Positions 45,256-56,143 of a stretch of DNA of 63,637 nt are shown here, piece after piece. The DNA lies in assembly GCA_038253555.1 (NCBI GenBank), contig JBBSGZ010000004.1, positions 1-63,637 on the forward strand. The letters are read 5' to 3'. The notes under the pieces are model-generated. The model made no database searches. It was not told the origin of the DNA and saw nothing but the letters and a program-made list of their open reading frames with translations. How positions within the stretch are numbered: the stretch's first letter is position 1; the number at the start of each line of letters is the position of its first letter. This DNA is from Thermoanaerobaculia bacterium (GTDB taxonomy: Bacteria > Acidobacteriota > Thermoanaerobaculia > UBA5066 > Gp7-AA6). Position numbers and translations under genes: made by a program.

Positions 45256-45530
45256 GGTTCCGGCCACATCGTGGTCGCGCCGTGTCGCGATCATCGTTCT
45301 GCTGCTCCGAAAGCGGGAACGAGCATGACTCAGAGCTCCCGACCTGCAAACAGGTGAAGCTCTGGTTCGAAACGATCTGCGGTTCAATCTGTTTCGAGTT
45401 CCAGAGGTCGGAGTGCGGTTGCCAGCGACGATTCCTCGTCGGTCGGCCCGGGTGATCGCGACATCCGCTCGCCCCGCGATGTGCCGCCGACCGATCGCGC
45501 GCGGTTCCGTTCTACAATCGATAGTTTAGT

Positions 45531-48380
45531 TTGGAGGCGCGGCGCCGGGTGCAGCAACCCCAACTTCTCCTCGAGGGAAAGTACGAGATCCTCTCCAAAA
45601 TCCGCGAGGGCGGCATGGGGACTATCTACCACGTCCGCCACCGCCTGCTCGACGAGATACGCGTGGTCAAGGTCATGCAGCCGCACGTCGTCGCGGACCT
45701 CGACCTGAAGCGCCGGTTCCTCGAAGAAGCCAAGACCGCGATCCGGCTCAAACACCCGAACATCTGCACCATCTACGACTTCGCCGTAGACGAGAACGGC
45801 ACCGCCTACCTGGTCATGGAGTTCATCGACGGCGTGACCCTCGCGGACTTTTTGCGGTTGCACGGATGTCCGGGCGTCCCGCTGACCCTCGAGATCGCGC
45901 ACCAGGCGCTGCTCGCCCTCGGGTACTTGCACCGCAAGGGCGTGATCCACCGGGACGTCGCGCCCGACAACCTGATGCTTACGCACGACGACGAGGGACG
46001 GCGCGTGGTCAAGCTGATCGACCTCGGCATCGCGAAGACGTCCGACCGCGCGATGGACGCGACAGCGACCGGCGTTTTCTTAGGCAAGCTCAAGTACGCC
46101 TCGCCGGAACAGTACGGGACGCTCTCGCCGGAAATGAAGCTTGACGGCCGGAGCGATTTATACGGCTTGGGCGTCGTGCTCTACGAGCTGCTGACGGGGA
46201 CCCGTCCTTTCCTGGGCGAGTCCCCGGCGGAGCTGCTGCGCGCGCACCTGTTCCTGCCGCCGATCTCCTTCTCTGAATCGGACCGTGAGGGCAAAGTGCC
46301 GCCTGAGCTGCGCGATGTCATTTTCAAGTCGCTCGAGAAGAACCGGGAGGACCGGTATGCGACAGCCGAGGAGTTCGATCGTGAGATCGTGGGCCTGCGG
46401 GAGCGCTACGCGCGCCCGGACGATCTCGAGAGTACACTGGCCATCCTCTCGACGATCCGGTCCATGCAGCCCGCCGCGCCCGACGCCGTCAGGCCGAGCG
46501 CGCAGGAGCGTCTCGACCGCCAGTTCGGCCAGCTGGCCACGCCGTCTCCTTCGGCGCCGCCGCTGACGATCGCACTTCCTGACGCGGCGGAGGTAGAAAA
46601 GACTGCCATCAATCCGCGGACGGCAGCGGAGAGGGCCGCGGCGCGAAAATCACCGCCCGACGAGAAGGAGCCGCCGGTCGAACCGGCCCCGGCCCCGGCT
46701 CCGTTGCCGTGGCCGGATAAATCCACGCAGGCGACGGCGCCGGGGAACCGGGAGACCGAAAGGATTGGCGGGACGGAACCAGCGGACCGTCCGACGTTCG
46801 ATCAGAGGGCGATCAACCCCGTCATGGCGGTTGAGAGGGTGTCGAACGAGGAGAAGGCGGCAGACAAGGAGCCGAAGTACGTTTCGCCTCTCGACCCGCC
46901 CAGCCTTCCGACGGCGCTTGCGTCGGTACAGGCCGAGACCGTCAAGAAGACGAAAGCGATCGAGATCGTGAAGCCCTCTCCGCCGGCCTTGCCGGAGCCG
47001 TCCGGGACTCTCTCTCCGGACGGAGGGCCCGCGCCTGGCAGGGCGGACAGAGGGCCGGAGATGCCGTCACTTCCGGCGGCGAATCGACCGGTCTCGCTGG
47101 AGTCCGCAAGACCGGCGGCGCCGCCTCCCCAGCCGGGGTCCCCCGAGCGGCCCGCGCCACGTGCCAGGCCCGTGGTGGCCGACAGCTCGACTCCGCCGGC
47201 GATTCGGCCTGAGAAGGTTGCACCTTTTCCCGGGACGCCGAAGGGGCCGACACCCTCGGACCAGAAGCCGACCGCCGTCAGTCCGGGGACAGCGGCGGAG
47301 AAGGCGGCCCCGCCGTCCCGAACCGCCCCGACCATCGAACAACGGGCGCCCGCCACCTCTGTGACTGCGCCGGAAATGGCGCAGCGCGGGCCCGTTCGAA
47401 TGTGGGTCGGTCTCTTGATCGCCGTGGCAGTGACGCTGTTGATCTGGCGGCCCTGGGCCGAGCGCCGGCCGGTGGAGGAAAAAATCGCGGCAGGACCGAC
47501 CGTTGTGCCAATCGCGGTCGAAGAGAAGCCTGCGGAGCCTACAGCGCCGCCCGTATCCACGCTGCGTCCAACCGCGCCTCCGCAGCCCACCGCCCTGCCC
47601 ACGCTGCTTCCCACCGCCCTCGGGGTCACGCCCGTGGAAGCCCGGCCGTTTCGTCAGGCAGCCGAAACCGCCCGTGTCGCTTCGCGGCGGGCGAAGAGCG
47701 ACGCCGATCAGGCACGTGCGCGGGAGCTCTCTCCCTCGACGTACCAGCGCGCGATGTCGGTGCAGAAGAGGGCCGAGAAGCTTGTTGCGACGGGCGCCGA
47801 CGCCGATGCGAAGAAGGCGTTCGACTCCTCGGCAGGCCTCTTCGCCCAGGCGGAAATAGCCGCGCTTGCTCAGGCGACGCGGCAGGCCAGACCGACGGCC
47901 ATCCAGGTCGCCCAGTTCCCGGATCCAATCCCGCGCCGCACGGCCGTCCCGATTTTTCCGACGCCGATCCCGGTGCAGCCGACCTCCCGCCCGGCCGAGG
48001 TGCCGCGCGGGGCGCCGGTCGAAAAAGACGTCAACCCCGCCCCTCCGCCCGTCCGGGCAGGTTCCGCGCAGGAGCCGATACGCGAGACCGTGCGCCTCTA
48101 TGAGCGAGCATGGAGCCGCTTCGACGCCAGGCTCTACAAGCGCGTCTACCCTGACGGAGTCGCCGCCTTCGAGATGGCGGTCAAGGGACTGAAGTCGCAA
48201 TACGTCCGCATCGAGATCCAGAAGATCGACGTCGACGCTTCGGGCACGGGGGCCGTGGTGACCGGCCACGAGACCATCGTCATCACCCCGAAGGCGGGTG
48301 AGGAGAAGCAGGACGACCATCCCGTCACCCTTGGACTCGAGAAACAGGGTGACCGGTGGATCATCGTCCGACGCAGTTAG
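45531..48380 (+). CDS. serine/threonine protein kinase with Pro-rich linker, TM helix and extracytoplasmic NTF2-like C-terminal domain
   Basis: Kinase motifs are GGMGTIYHV, VVKV, HRDVAPDNLML, DLGIAK and ASPEQ. The TM helix is WVGLLIAVAVTLLIW. The likely start is GTG 45549, with GGAGG 11 nt upstream. Confidence 0.9.
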   Translation: MEARRRVQQPQLLLEGKYEILSKIREGGMGTIYHVRHRLLDEIRVVKVMQPHVVADLDLKRRFLEEAKTAIRLKHPNICTIYDFAVDENGTAYLVMEFIDGVTLADFLRLHGCPGVPLTLEIAHQALLALGYLHRKGVIHRDVAPDNLMLTHDDEGRRVVKLIDLGIAKTSDRAMDATATGVFLGKLKYASPEQYGTLSPEMKLDGRSDLYGLGVVLYELLTGTRPFLGESPAELLRAHLFLPPISFSESDREGKVPPELRDVIFKSLEKNREDRYATAEEFDREIVGLRERYARPDDLESTLAILSTIRSMQPAAPDAVRPSAQERLDRQFGQLATPSPSAPPLTIALPDAAEVEKTAINPRTAAERAAARKSPPDEKEPPVEPAPAPAPLPWPDKSTQATAPGNRETERIGGTEPADRPTFDQRAINPVMAVERVSNEEKAADKEPKYVSPLDPPSLPTALASVQAETVKKTKAIEIVKPSPPALPEPSGTLSPDGGPAPGRADRGPEMPSLPAANRPVSLESARPAAPPPQPGSPERPAPRARPVVADSSTPPAIRPEKVAPFPGTPKGPTPSDQKPTAVSPGTAAEKAAPPSRTAPTIEQRAPATSVTAPEMAQRGPVRMWVGLLIAVAVTLLIWRPWAERRPVEEKIAAGPTVVPIAVEEKPAEPTAPPVSTLRPTAPPQPTALPTLLPTALGVTPVEARPFRQAAETARVASRRAKSDADQARARELSPSTYQRAMSVQKRAEKLVATGADADAKKAFDSSAGLFAQAEIAALAQATRQARPTAIQVAQFPDPIPRRTAVPIFPTPIPVQPTSRPAEVPRGAPVEKDVNPAPPPVRAGSAQEPIRETVRLYERAWSRFDARLYKRVYPDGVAAFEMAVKGLKSQYVRIEIQKIDVDASGTGAVVTGHETIVITPKAGEEKQDDHPVTLGLEKQGDRWIIVRRS

Positions 48381-48577
48381 AAGGCGGCTGAAAAACGATT
48401 GCGGGCGTCGCGTCCCGGCTCTTGCGATCGCTGCCAGCGCAATGTTGCCTTCACTTCGACGTCGACGATCGGCGCGATCGCATCGCAGTCTTCGGGCAAG
48501 AGCCTGTCTGCTCGAGCCGCCGGGAGCTCGCCGGGATGATCATTGCAGCAGCCTGCGGGGCCGGCGCGTCCGGCCGG

Positions 48578-49987
48578 TCAGAAGGCGTAATCGAATCCCA
48601 CCACCGGGGTGAATGTGTCCTGAAGCCCTTTCTTCGTGATCGAGAAGAGGCCGTTTACGGTCAACAGCAGGTTCCCGACGACGTTGGCTTTGAAGCCCGC
48701 GGACCCGATCAGCGTGTTCAGGTCGCTCCTCGAGACGTCGAGCCGCGTCCTTTGCACCGTGATGAGACGTGGGTCGCTGTTGCAAGGGGTGTCCGGCGGA
48801 GGCGCGAAACTCTCCGCTGTATTCACACAGAACTTTTGCTGCTGCAGGCGGACCGTTCTCGCGTTTCGAAACGTCCGTCCGATGACATCGCCGGCGAAGG
48901 TGACGCGTGAGCCGAGCGCCCAATCGAAGCCGGCCGTGTAGTTGATCTCGTCCGAGAGCCCGGTGCGGTTCGTCGCCCATGTGTAGCCCGCATTCAGGTG
49001 CGGCGAAAAGGCCCCGAGATGCGCCGACGCGACGAGGAACGCCCGGATCTGAGTCGAGCCCGTTCCGAGCAGATCTTTTTCCCGGCCGGTCGGCAGCCGA
49101 ACGTCGGTCGCGAGCGCGATGCCGCCACGCGGGCTCGAGGTCAGACGGAACTTGCCGCGGATCAGCACGTCTCCCAGGCCGGTCGCGCTGCCCGATCGCT
49201 GACAGGTCTCGACGTCCTCCGTACCCTGGCAGTCCGCAGCGCCCCCGGCAAAACGGTGGAGCTCCGGCCTGTCATCGCCCGTCGCGAGGCGCTCGATCTT
49301 GAGGGTCGACTGCTCCCGAAGAGAAACATTGACCACCGGCACGGCGACGCCAATATCGAGCCGGTCGGTCAACCCGTAGGTGGCGACGAAGGCGGTGATG
49401 CCCGTATCGACCTTCACGGACAACGGACCGGTGACCACATCTCCTCGGAACCAGGGGTTCAGCGGATTGTTATTGGTCAGCGGATTCGCGCTTCCGGGAG
49501 CGGCATGGAGAAACAGAAGCCGATCTTCATCGGCCTTGAGCTTCAGATCGTCGATGCGGTCATAGGTGAAGTGGCTGAAGTTCACACCGAAATTCATGAA
49601 GCCCTTGCCGATCGTTTCGGCCCTCTCGGCGTAGATCGGGCCAAAACTGTCCGCGGCGCGCACGAATGTCCCTTGCGAAGCGTCGTACCGATACGTGAAA
49701 CCTCCGGAGGAAGAGGGAAGCGGAAAGGAAGAAAGCTGGCTCTGGAGATCGAGGTTGAACTGATTGATTGCCTCGATCTGGCTCGTGACACTGTTGAAGT
49801 GCGCCACATGACAGGTCGCTGGGACAGGAGGAGGCTGATCGCAAGGGTTCGGGGTGAGCGAGGGTCGACGAAGTGTCACACCGTCCCTGAGAAAGCCGGT
49901 CAGCAGGTCCCGAAGGTCCTGTGCCGGAAGCGAGAGCGGAACGAGCACGGCGATCGACAGGGCGAGAAGAACCCGGCGTGGACCCAT
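48578..49987 (-). CDS. putative outer-membrane beta-barrel protein
   Basis: It has a signal peptide (LLALSIAVLVPLSLPAQD), alternating beta-strand-like segments, and a C-terminal beta-signal ending VVGFDYAF. Confidence 0.6.
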   Translation of the reverse strand: MGPRRVLLALSIAVLVPLSLPAQDLRDLLTGFLRDGVTLRRPSLTPNPCDQPPPVPATCHVAHFNSVTSQIEAINQFNLDLQSQLSSFPLPSSSGGFTYRYDASQGTFVRAADSFGPIYAERAETIGKGFMNFGVNFSHFTYDRIDDLKLKADEDRLLFLHAAPGSANPLTNNNPLNPWFRGDVVTGPLSVKVDTGITAFVATYGLTDRLDIGVAVPVVNVSLREQSTLKIERLATGDDRPELHRFAGGAADCQGTEDVETCQRSGSATGLGDVLIRGKFRLTSSPRGGIALATDVRLPTGREKDLLGTGSTQIRAFLVASAHLGAFSPHLNAGYTWATNRTGLSDEINYTAGFDWALGSRVTFAGDVIGRTFRNARTVRLQQQKFCVNTAESFAPPPDTPCNSDPRLITVQRTRLDVSRSDLNTLIGSAGFKANVVGNLLLTVNGLFSITKKGLQDTFTPVVGFDYAF

Positions 49988-50139
49988 GGCAGTGCCTCCG
50001 ATCTCGTTAAAAAGCTTTGCGCTAGCCTATTGCCCGGCCTGTCGACAGGTCAAGAGGTGGGCTCATTCGGTCGGTGCAGAAGCGGTGTGCGAGCGAGTGA
50101 GTGCGAAGGCCGGGGTGGAACGGTCCTGCAGGCCGGCTC

Positions 50140-51180
50140 TCACCCGATCCACATCGCATCGCCGAACGAGTAGAACAGGTACCCCTCCCGGATCGCTTCT
50201 TCGTACGCGTCGAGGACCCTCTCTCGTCCGGCGAACGCGCAGGCCAGCATGAGGAGCGTCGACTGCGGCAGGTGGAAGTTCGTGAGGAGCGCATCGATCG
50301 CGCGGAACTCGAATCCGGGAGTGATGAAGAGGTCGGTTGAAAACCGCAGCGGTTTATCGGAAACGCCCTCGATGCGTGCGGCAGCCTCGAGTGATCGTGC
50401 GACCGTCGTCCCCACGGCCACGACGCGCCGTCCCGAGGACGCCGCCCGATGGACCGCGAGCCGCGTCTCGGCCGGTATCGACACACTCTCGGCTTCCATC
50501 GCGTGCGACGCCGTGTCGTCGCTGGTCACCGGCTTGAAGGTTCCGGGGCCCACGGCCAGGGTGAGATCCGCGATCTCGACTCCGCGCGCGACGATCTCGT
50601 CGAGAACGGCGCTCGTAAAATGCAGGCCCGCCGTCGGAGCCGCGACCGCGAGGGGCTCCCGCGCGAAGACGGTCTGGTACGCCGCACGATCCTCCTCACG
50701 ATCCGGATCGCCCGCGCTCCGGCGGATGTAGGGGGGAAGGGGGAGGCTGCCGCACCGCTCCAGATACGCATTGTCCAGGGCGCGATCGAAAAGGACCTCC
50801 CTCCGGCCGATCGCGCTCACCGACAGTACGGTCCCCGTGACTCCCTCTGGAAAATCGAGCCGCCGCCCGGGTCTGGCGCGCCGGCCCGGCCGCGCGAGCG
50901 CGAGCCAGCGGAGGGGATCGCCCGCCGACTCCTCCACGAGAAAGATCTCCGTCAGGCGCCCTTCGGAATCGCGTCCCCACAGCCGGGCGTTGCGCACTCG
51001 GACGTCATTGCGGACGAGGACGTCGCCCGGCCTCAGGAGCGAGGGCAGCTCGGAAAAGAGGCGATGCGAGATCGTGCCGCTCCGCCGGTCGAGAACGAGA
51101 AGCCGAGACGATCCCCGTTCCCGCGGCGTCTGCGCAATGCGCTCGGGCGGCAATTCGTAATCGAAAAGCGAGACCTTCAC
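50140..51180 (-). CDS. queA: S-adenosylmethionine:tRNA ribosyltransferase-isomerase
   Basis: MKVSLFDYELPPERIAQTP, PPYIRR, VAAPTAGLHFT and TNFHLPQSTLLML are QueA signatures. Confidence 0.95.
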   Translation of the reverse strand: MKVSLFDYELPPERIAQTPRERGSSRLLVLDRRSGTISHRLFSELPSLLRPGDVLVRNDVRVRNARLWGRDSEGRLTEIFLVEESAGDPLRWLALARPGRRARPGRRLDFPEGVTGTVLSVSAIGRREVLFDRALDNAYLERCGSLPLPPYIRRSAGDPDREEDRAAYQTVFAREPLAVAAPTAGLHFTSAVLDEIVARGVEIADLTLAVGPGTFKPVTSDDTASHAMEAESVSIPAETRLAVHRAASSGRRVVAVGTTVARSLEAAARIEGVSDKPLRFSTDLFITPGFEFRAIDALLTNFHLPQSTLLMLACAFAGRERVLDAYEEAIREGYLFYSFGDAMWIG

Positions 51181-51378
51181 GGGGCGGGATTATGGCTGTG
51201 CTCTCGGGAAGTCGGACGGCGAGATGAGCTGAGCTGTCGGCTGTCAGCTGACGGCGGCTCTCACGCTTGCGGTATGACAGGTGGCAAGACGAGTTTGAGC
51301 GCCCGAAACGTGTCCGTTATCGCCGGTTTCCCGATTCCCGGCCCCGTCCCCGTCCCTCGGCGCTGATAGCCTGCCCGG

Positions 51379-52236
51379 ATGCCCGACTACCCTCAGGGGC
51401 GTGGCCGTGTTCGCCTCGAGGTGGCGGGAATCGCGATTGACGGGGTGTCGATCGCGGGGCACGAGTCGTTCTTCAAGCTCCCGGGTTTCCGGACGCTTCT
51501 CGAATTCGGAAGGGCGCCGGACGACACGCTCGCGTACGGTACCGTATGCCTGACCCACGGCCACCTCGACCACGCGGCGGGCCTCGCTCACCACGCTTCC
51601 CGGCGGACCTTGACGGGACTCGGCCCGGCGCGCGTCTTTGCGCCGGCTGAAGCGGTTCCGGATTTGAAGGCCTGGGTTGCAGCCTGCGAGCGCCTGGAAG
51701 GCGTCCGCTACGGCACGCGTTTCGAGGCCGCGATCCCGGGGGAGACGGTGGCGCTCCGCCGGGATCTCGAGCTCCACTTCCTGCCCGGCCGGCATCGAGT
51801 CCCGACCGTCGGGTATCTCTTTACGGAAGTCCGGCGAAAGCTCCGCGACGATCTCGCCGGCCGATCCGGCCCCGAGATTGCCTCTCTCCGCGAGTCGGGG
51901 GCCGAGGTCACGCGGCGAGAGGAGATCCCACTGCTGGCCTACCCCGGCGACTGCGGTCCCGCGATCTTCGACGCGGCTCCCGAGCTCTACCGCGCGAAGG
52001 TCCTCCTGATCGAGTGCTCGTTCTTCGCGCCCGAAGACGTGGGCCGCGCGCACGCGTACGGCCACCTGCACATCAGCGACTTCGCCGAGCGGGCCGACCT
52101 GTTTCAGAACGAATTCGTCGTCCTGACGCACTTTACGATGCGGTCCCCGGTCGAGGAGATCCGCGCGGGTATAGAAAAGCTGCCCGTGCAGCTTTCCCGC
52201 CGGGTCGTTCCCTTCCTGGCAAGCGCTACGGGATGA
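51379..52236 (+). CDS. MBL-fold metallo-hydrolase (RNase Z-like)
   Basis: It carries the HxHxDH motif (LTHGHLDHAAG). Later His ligands are present (LPGRHRVPTVGY; THFTMR). Confidence 0.75.
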   Translation: MPDYPQGRGRVRLEVAGIAIDGVSIAGHESFFKLPGFRTLLEFGRAPDDTLAYGTVCLTHGHLDHAAGLAHHASRRTLTGLGPARVFAPAEAVPDLKAWVAACERLEGVRYGTRFEAAIPGETVALRRDLELHFLPGRHRVPTVGYLFTEVRRKLRDDLAGRSGPEIASLRESGAEVTRREEIPLLAYPGDCGPAIFDAAPELYRAKVLLIECSFFAPEDVGRAHAYGHLHISDFAERADLFQNEFVVLTHFTMRSPVEEIRAGIEKLPVQLSRRVVPFLASATG

Positions 52237-52435
52237 CAGGAGTCCGAGAGGGGTCCCGGGAGAAACCCGTAAAGACCTGTCGTCGGACGGACGGAGGTCA
52301 GCTGCTTGCCGGCGCGCTGTGGGAAGCCGAACACCCTGTGGCGCAATCTCGCGACGGGACAAAACACCATGCGGCTGAGCAGCGACCTGAACTGGAGAAT
52401 CGCGGGCCCGCGGTAGAGCCCCGCCTGGCAGGGCG

Positions 52436-55168
52436 CTAGTCTTCCGGCGAGCCCGCCGGCTGGCCACCGGCGCGTGCCCCTGCAAGGCTCTCCAGGCATC
52501 GCACCACCAGCGCCGTCCAGCCCGTCTGGTGCGAGGCGCCCAGGCCGAGGCCCGTGTCGCCGTGAAAGTATTCGTGAAACAGGAGCAGGTCCTTCCAGTG
52601 CGGGTCCGACGCAAAGCGGGGATCGTCGCCGAAGCAGGGACGCCGGCCCGACGGGTCCGGCAAAAATGCCGCGGCGAGCCGGCGGGCGATCTCGCGCGCC
52701 GCTTCCGCGAGAGTCATCCATCGCCCGGAGCGGGTCGGGAGCTCGACCTTCAGCGACGGCCCGTAGAAGTGGTGGTAACGCTCCAGAGCTTCGATGAGAA
52801 GGTAGTTCATCGGGAACCACACGGGCCCTCGCCAGTTCGAGTTGCCGCCGAAGACGCCCGTGGTGGACGGCCCGGGATCGTAGGAGACGCGATGCTGCTG
52901 GCCCCCCACGGCCAGCGTGTAGGGATTCTCCGCATACACGCGGGAGAGCGCTCGAATGCCATGCGGGGAGAGGAACTCGTTCTCGTCGAAGAGGTACTCG
53001 AGGACGCGTTCGAGGCGTTCGCGAGAGGGAATGGCGAGGAGGCGGTGCACGCCGTGCTGGCCGTCGTCGTCGCGCATGTACGAGATGTGGCGCGCGAGGT
53101 CCTGCCGGTTGTCCAGAAACCACTGGAGCCGCTTTTTGAACCCGGGGAGTTTTTCGATCTGGGTCTGATCCAAGATTTCGACGGCGAAAAGGGGCACCAG
53201 CCCGACGATCGAGCGCAGCCGCAGCGGGAGACTCTGGCCGTCCGCGTGAATCTGGTCGTAGTAGAAACCTTCCTGCTCGTCCCAGAGACCCGTCCCGCCG
53301 AGGGAATTCATCGCGTCCGTGATCGCGACGAAATGCTCGAAGAACTTCGACGCCACATCCTCGTAAGCCGGATCCTCGCTCGCGAGCTCGAGTGCCATGG
53401 CCAGCATCGTCGAGCAGAAGAACGCCATCCAGGCGGTTCCATCCGCCTGTTCGAGGTGGCCGCCCGTCGGGAGCTGCTCGGAGCGATCGAACACCCCGAT
53501 GTTGTCGAGTCCCAGAAAGCCGCCGGAGAAGAGGTTCCTTCCCTCCGGGTCCTTCCGGTTGACCCACCAGGTGAAGTTGATCAACAGCTTCTGAAAGACG
53601 CGCGCTAAGAAGAGACGGTCCCGCTCCCCGCGTGCGCCGCTGATCTTGTACGCGCGCCACGCCGCCCACGCGTGGACGGGCGGGTTGACGTCTGAAAACG
53701 CAAATTCGTACGCTGGAATCTGGCCGTTTGGATGCGTGTACCACTCGCGCAGGAGAAGGATGAGCTGCTCCTTCGCGAAGTGCGGATCGACGCGGGAAAA
53801 GGGGAGCATGTGAAACGCGAGGTCCCAGGCCGCGTACCAGGGGTACTCCCATTTGTCCGGCATCGAGATCACGTCCCGGTTATAGAGATGCGCCCACGTG
53901 GAGTCGCGGCCGTGCCGGCGGCTCTCGGGCGGCGGCGGCCCGGCGGGATCTCCTTCGAGCCACTCACGGACGGCGAAATGGTAGAACTGCTTGGTCCAGA
54001 GGAGGCCCGCGTAGGCCTGCCTCGCGACATTGCGCTCCTCTCCCGTCAGCGCGGCCGGGATCCTCGAATTCCAGAACGCCTCCCCCTCCCGGATCCTGTC
54101 GGCGAAGACGGAATCGAAGTCCACGCCCACGCCCGCCGGCGTCCCCGAGGAGAGCCGCAGGCGGAGACAGACCTCTTCCCCGGGAGGGATTTCCAGGGCG
54201 TACCGGACCGCCGCCTTCGTTCCTTCCCGCCGGGGATTGACGGCGGACCCCTGTCCCGCTACGACTGCCGCGTGAAACGCGTCCTTCACGAACGGCGTCG
54301 CATTCGCCACTCCGAACAGTCGTTCGGTGTTGCTCTCGTTTTCGGTGAAAATAAGAGAGAGCGGGGCAGGGTCGGCGGCGGCGTCGAGCCGGAAACGGCC
54401 CAGGGACTCGTGCTCGGCGACTAAGGCGAGATCGCCGTCCGAGGAGATCCGGGGCTTCTTCCAGTACCCCTCGCCCGAACGGCCCCACGACCAGGTGTTG
54501 CGAAACCAGAGTGTCGGCAGGACGTCGATCCGCGCCGGCTCGGGTCCCCGGTTGGCGATCGTGACGCGGATCCGGATGTCGTCGGCCGCGGCCTTCGCGT
54601 ACTCGGCGAACACGTCGAAATACCGGCTGTCATCGAACGCGCCCGTGTCCTGGAGCTCGTACTCGGGGTGCTCCCGGTCGCGTCGTGCGTTCCCGGCGAC
54701 CAGGTCTCCGTAAGGAAATTCGCGCTGCGGATACTTGTAGAGCGCTTTCATGTACGAATGCGTCGGCGTGGAATCGAGGTAGAAGTAGATCTCCTTGACG
54801 TCCTCGCCGTGGTTGCCTTCCGGCCCCGTCAGCCCGAAGAGCCGCTCCTTCAAGATCGGGTCCCGGCCGTTCCAGAGAGCGAGGGCGAAGCACAGCCGTC
54901 CTTCCCGATCAGAGATCCCGAGAAGGCCATCTTCGCCCCACCGGTAGGCGCGGCTGCGCGCGTGATCGTGCGGGAAGGAGTCCCAGCAGCTCCCGTCGGC
55001 CGAGTAGTCCTCGCGAACGGTCGCCCACTGGCGCTCCGAGAGGTAAGGCCCCCAGCGCTTCCAGTTCACCTCGCGCCGCGCGTCCTCTCCGAGACGTTCC
55101 GCTTCCGCGCCCGTGACGGGCACGAACCCCGTCGATTCGCGCCCGCCTGTCCTGCCCTCCGCGGCCAT
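52436..55168 (-). CDS. glucosidase (GH63-like / MGH1-like glycoside hydrolase)
   Basis: The ORF is 910 aa. The N-terminal blocks are [67 protein letters not shown] and [15 protein letters not shown], followed by an (alpha/alpha)6-type C-terminal half. Confidence 0.8.
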   Translation of the reverse strand: MAAEGRTGGRESTGFVPVTGAEAERLGEDARREVNWKRWGPYLSERQWATVREDYSADGSCWDSFPHDHARSRAYRWGEDGLLGISDREGRLCFALALWNGRDPILKERLFGLTGPEGNHGEDVKEIYFYLDSTPTHSYMKALYKYPQREFPYGDLVAGNARRDREHPEYELQDTGAFDDSRYFDVFAEYAKAAADDIRIRVTIANRGPEPARIDVLPTLWFRNTWSWGRSGEGYWKKPRISSDGDLALVAEHESLGRFRLDAAADPAPLSLIFTENESNTERLFGVANATPFVKDAFHAAVVAGQGSAVNPRREGTKAAVRYALEIPPGEEVCLRLRLSSGTPAGVGVDFDSVFADRIREGEAFWNSRIPAALTGEERNVARQAYAGLLWTKQFYHFAVREWLEGDPAGPPPPESRRHGRDSTWAHLYNRDVISMPDKWEYPWYAAWDLAFHMLPFSRVDPHFAKEQLILLLREWYTHPNGQIPAYEFAFSDVNPPVHAWAAWRAYKISGARGERDRLFLARVFQKLLINFTWWVNRKDPEGRNLFSGGFLGLDNIGVFDRSEQLPTGGHLEQADGTAWMAFFCSTMLAMALELASEDPAYEDVASKFFEHFVAITDAMNSLGGTGLWDEQEGFYYDQIHADGQSLPLRLRSIVGLVPLFAVEILDQTQIEKLPGFKKRLQWFLDNRQDLARHISYMRDDDGQHGVHRLLAIPSRERLERVLEYLFDENEFLSPHGIRALSRVYAENPYTLAVGGQQHRVSYDPGPSTTGVFGGNSNWRGPVWFPMNYLLIEALERYHHFYGPSLKVELPTRSGRWMTLAEAAREIARRLAAAFLPDPSGRRPCFGDDPRFASDPHWKDLLLFHEYFHGDTGLGLGASHQTGWTALVVRCLESLAGARAGGQPAGSPED

Positions 55169-55241
55169 GGTCCTCCGGTCCTTCAGAATCCTGTTGCAAT
55201 CTATCGGAAGCGGCGATTTTCCATGACGTGGCGGCGACGGG

Positions 55242-55631
55242 TCAGCGCGGATCTTCCTGCGTGAGGCGCGCCGGGACTCCCACTCGAAGCACGCGCCCTT
55301 CCGAGACCATGCCGAGGCCGTTTGACCTCAGGATCACTTCGAGCGCGTCGACCCAGGAAACGTCGTGCAGGCAGACAGTGACGGAACCTTTCACGTCCGG
55401 GTCGATCACAAGGCTCGTCCCCGTCAACGCGGCAAAACTCCTGAGGACATCCCGGATGTCGGCGTCTTTCAGATCGAGCGAAATGCGTTCGTCCGGGGAC
55501 AGGCGCGCCGAAGCCTGCGCGGGGCGCGGTCGGCGAACCGCCGGACGGCGCGGTTCCGCGGGCGCCGGGGACGTGAGAAAGAAAGCGAGAAGGGCGGTTG
55601 CGCAGAGACGAGGCCTCGACCGCGTTCTCAT
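55242..55631 (-). CDS. secreted stand-alone secretin N0/STN-like domain protein
   Basis: The start is ATG 55631, residue 90 of the track ORF, sharing an ATGA overlap with the upstream gene. It has a signal peptide. [56 protein letters not shown] follows the PilQ/GspD N0 pattern. Confidence 0.6.
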   Translation of the reverse strand: MRTRSRPRLCATALLAFFLTSPAPAEPRRPAVRRPRPAQASARLSPDERISLDLKDADIRDVLRSFAALTGTSLVIDPDVKGSVTVCLHDVSWVDALEVILRSNGLGMVSEGRVLRVGVPARLTQEDPR

Positions 55632-56140
55632 GACCGGCCGGGGACCACGTGATCGACCTTCCGGCCGTCGGCGGCTGGATTCGCCGGGGATGCGTCCGAA
55701 TCGCGAACCCGCTCGGCCATCGCCCAGAGCCCGAGGTGGCTCCGCCACGCGGAAGCCGAAGCACGCGTCAGGACGAACTGCGTTTCCTCGCCGGCCGTCG
55801 AGACGAGGCGCAGCGCTTCCGTCCGGAAGAGAAGCTGCCCCGACGCGAGCTTCCGCCCCGTGATGATCTTGCCGATCCGAGACGTCGGGAGGACCCACGT
55901 CTCATCGAAGAGGCCATCGAAGAAAACGGTGTCGCCCGAAAGTCCGAGCACGCCGGGGAATCGGCGCCACCGGCCGCCCACCCGTTCCGCCCGCGTGAGC
56001 AGGGCCGGAGGCTCCCTTTCGGCGGCGAGCCGACGGGCCGCGAGGCGGTCGAGAGCCCGGTGAAGAAGAAGCCGGGGGAGAAAGGGGACCACGGCCAGAA
56101 GCAGCGCGGCGCCGCCGAGAATCGCAAGGCCCGCGCTCAT
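55628..56140 (-). CDS. hypothetical membrane-anchored protein (possible PH/GRAM-like domain)
   Basis: It has an N-terminal TM helix (LAILGGAALLLAVVPFL) followed by a beta-rich soluble domain of about 110 aa. The start lies 3 nt after the VWA gene stop. Confidence 0.5.
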   Translation of the reverse strand: MSAGLAILGGAALLLAVVPFLPRLLLHRALDRLAARRLAAEREPPALLTRAERVGGRWRRFPGVLGLSGDTVFFDGLFDETWVLPTSRIGKIITGRKLASGQLLFRTEALRLVSTAGEETQFVLTRASASAWRSHLGLWAMAERVRDSDASPANPAADGRKVDHVVPGRS

Positions 56141-56143
56141 CGT

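Noticed and set aside
45364-45373. GGTTCGAAAC, reminiscent of a tRNA T-loop (GGTTCGAATCC).
   Set aside because: The flanking bases do not form a T-stem, and no acceptor or anticodon arms can be drawn. The sequence belongs to one of the two intergenic hairpins reported above.
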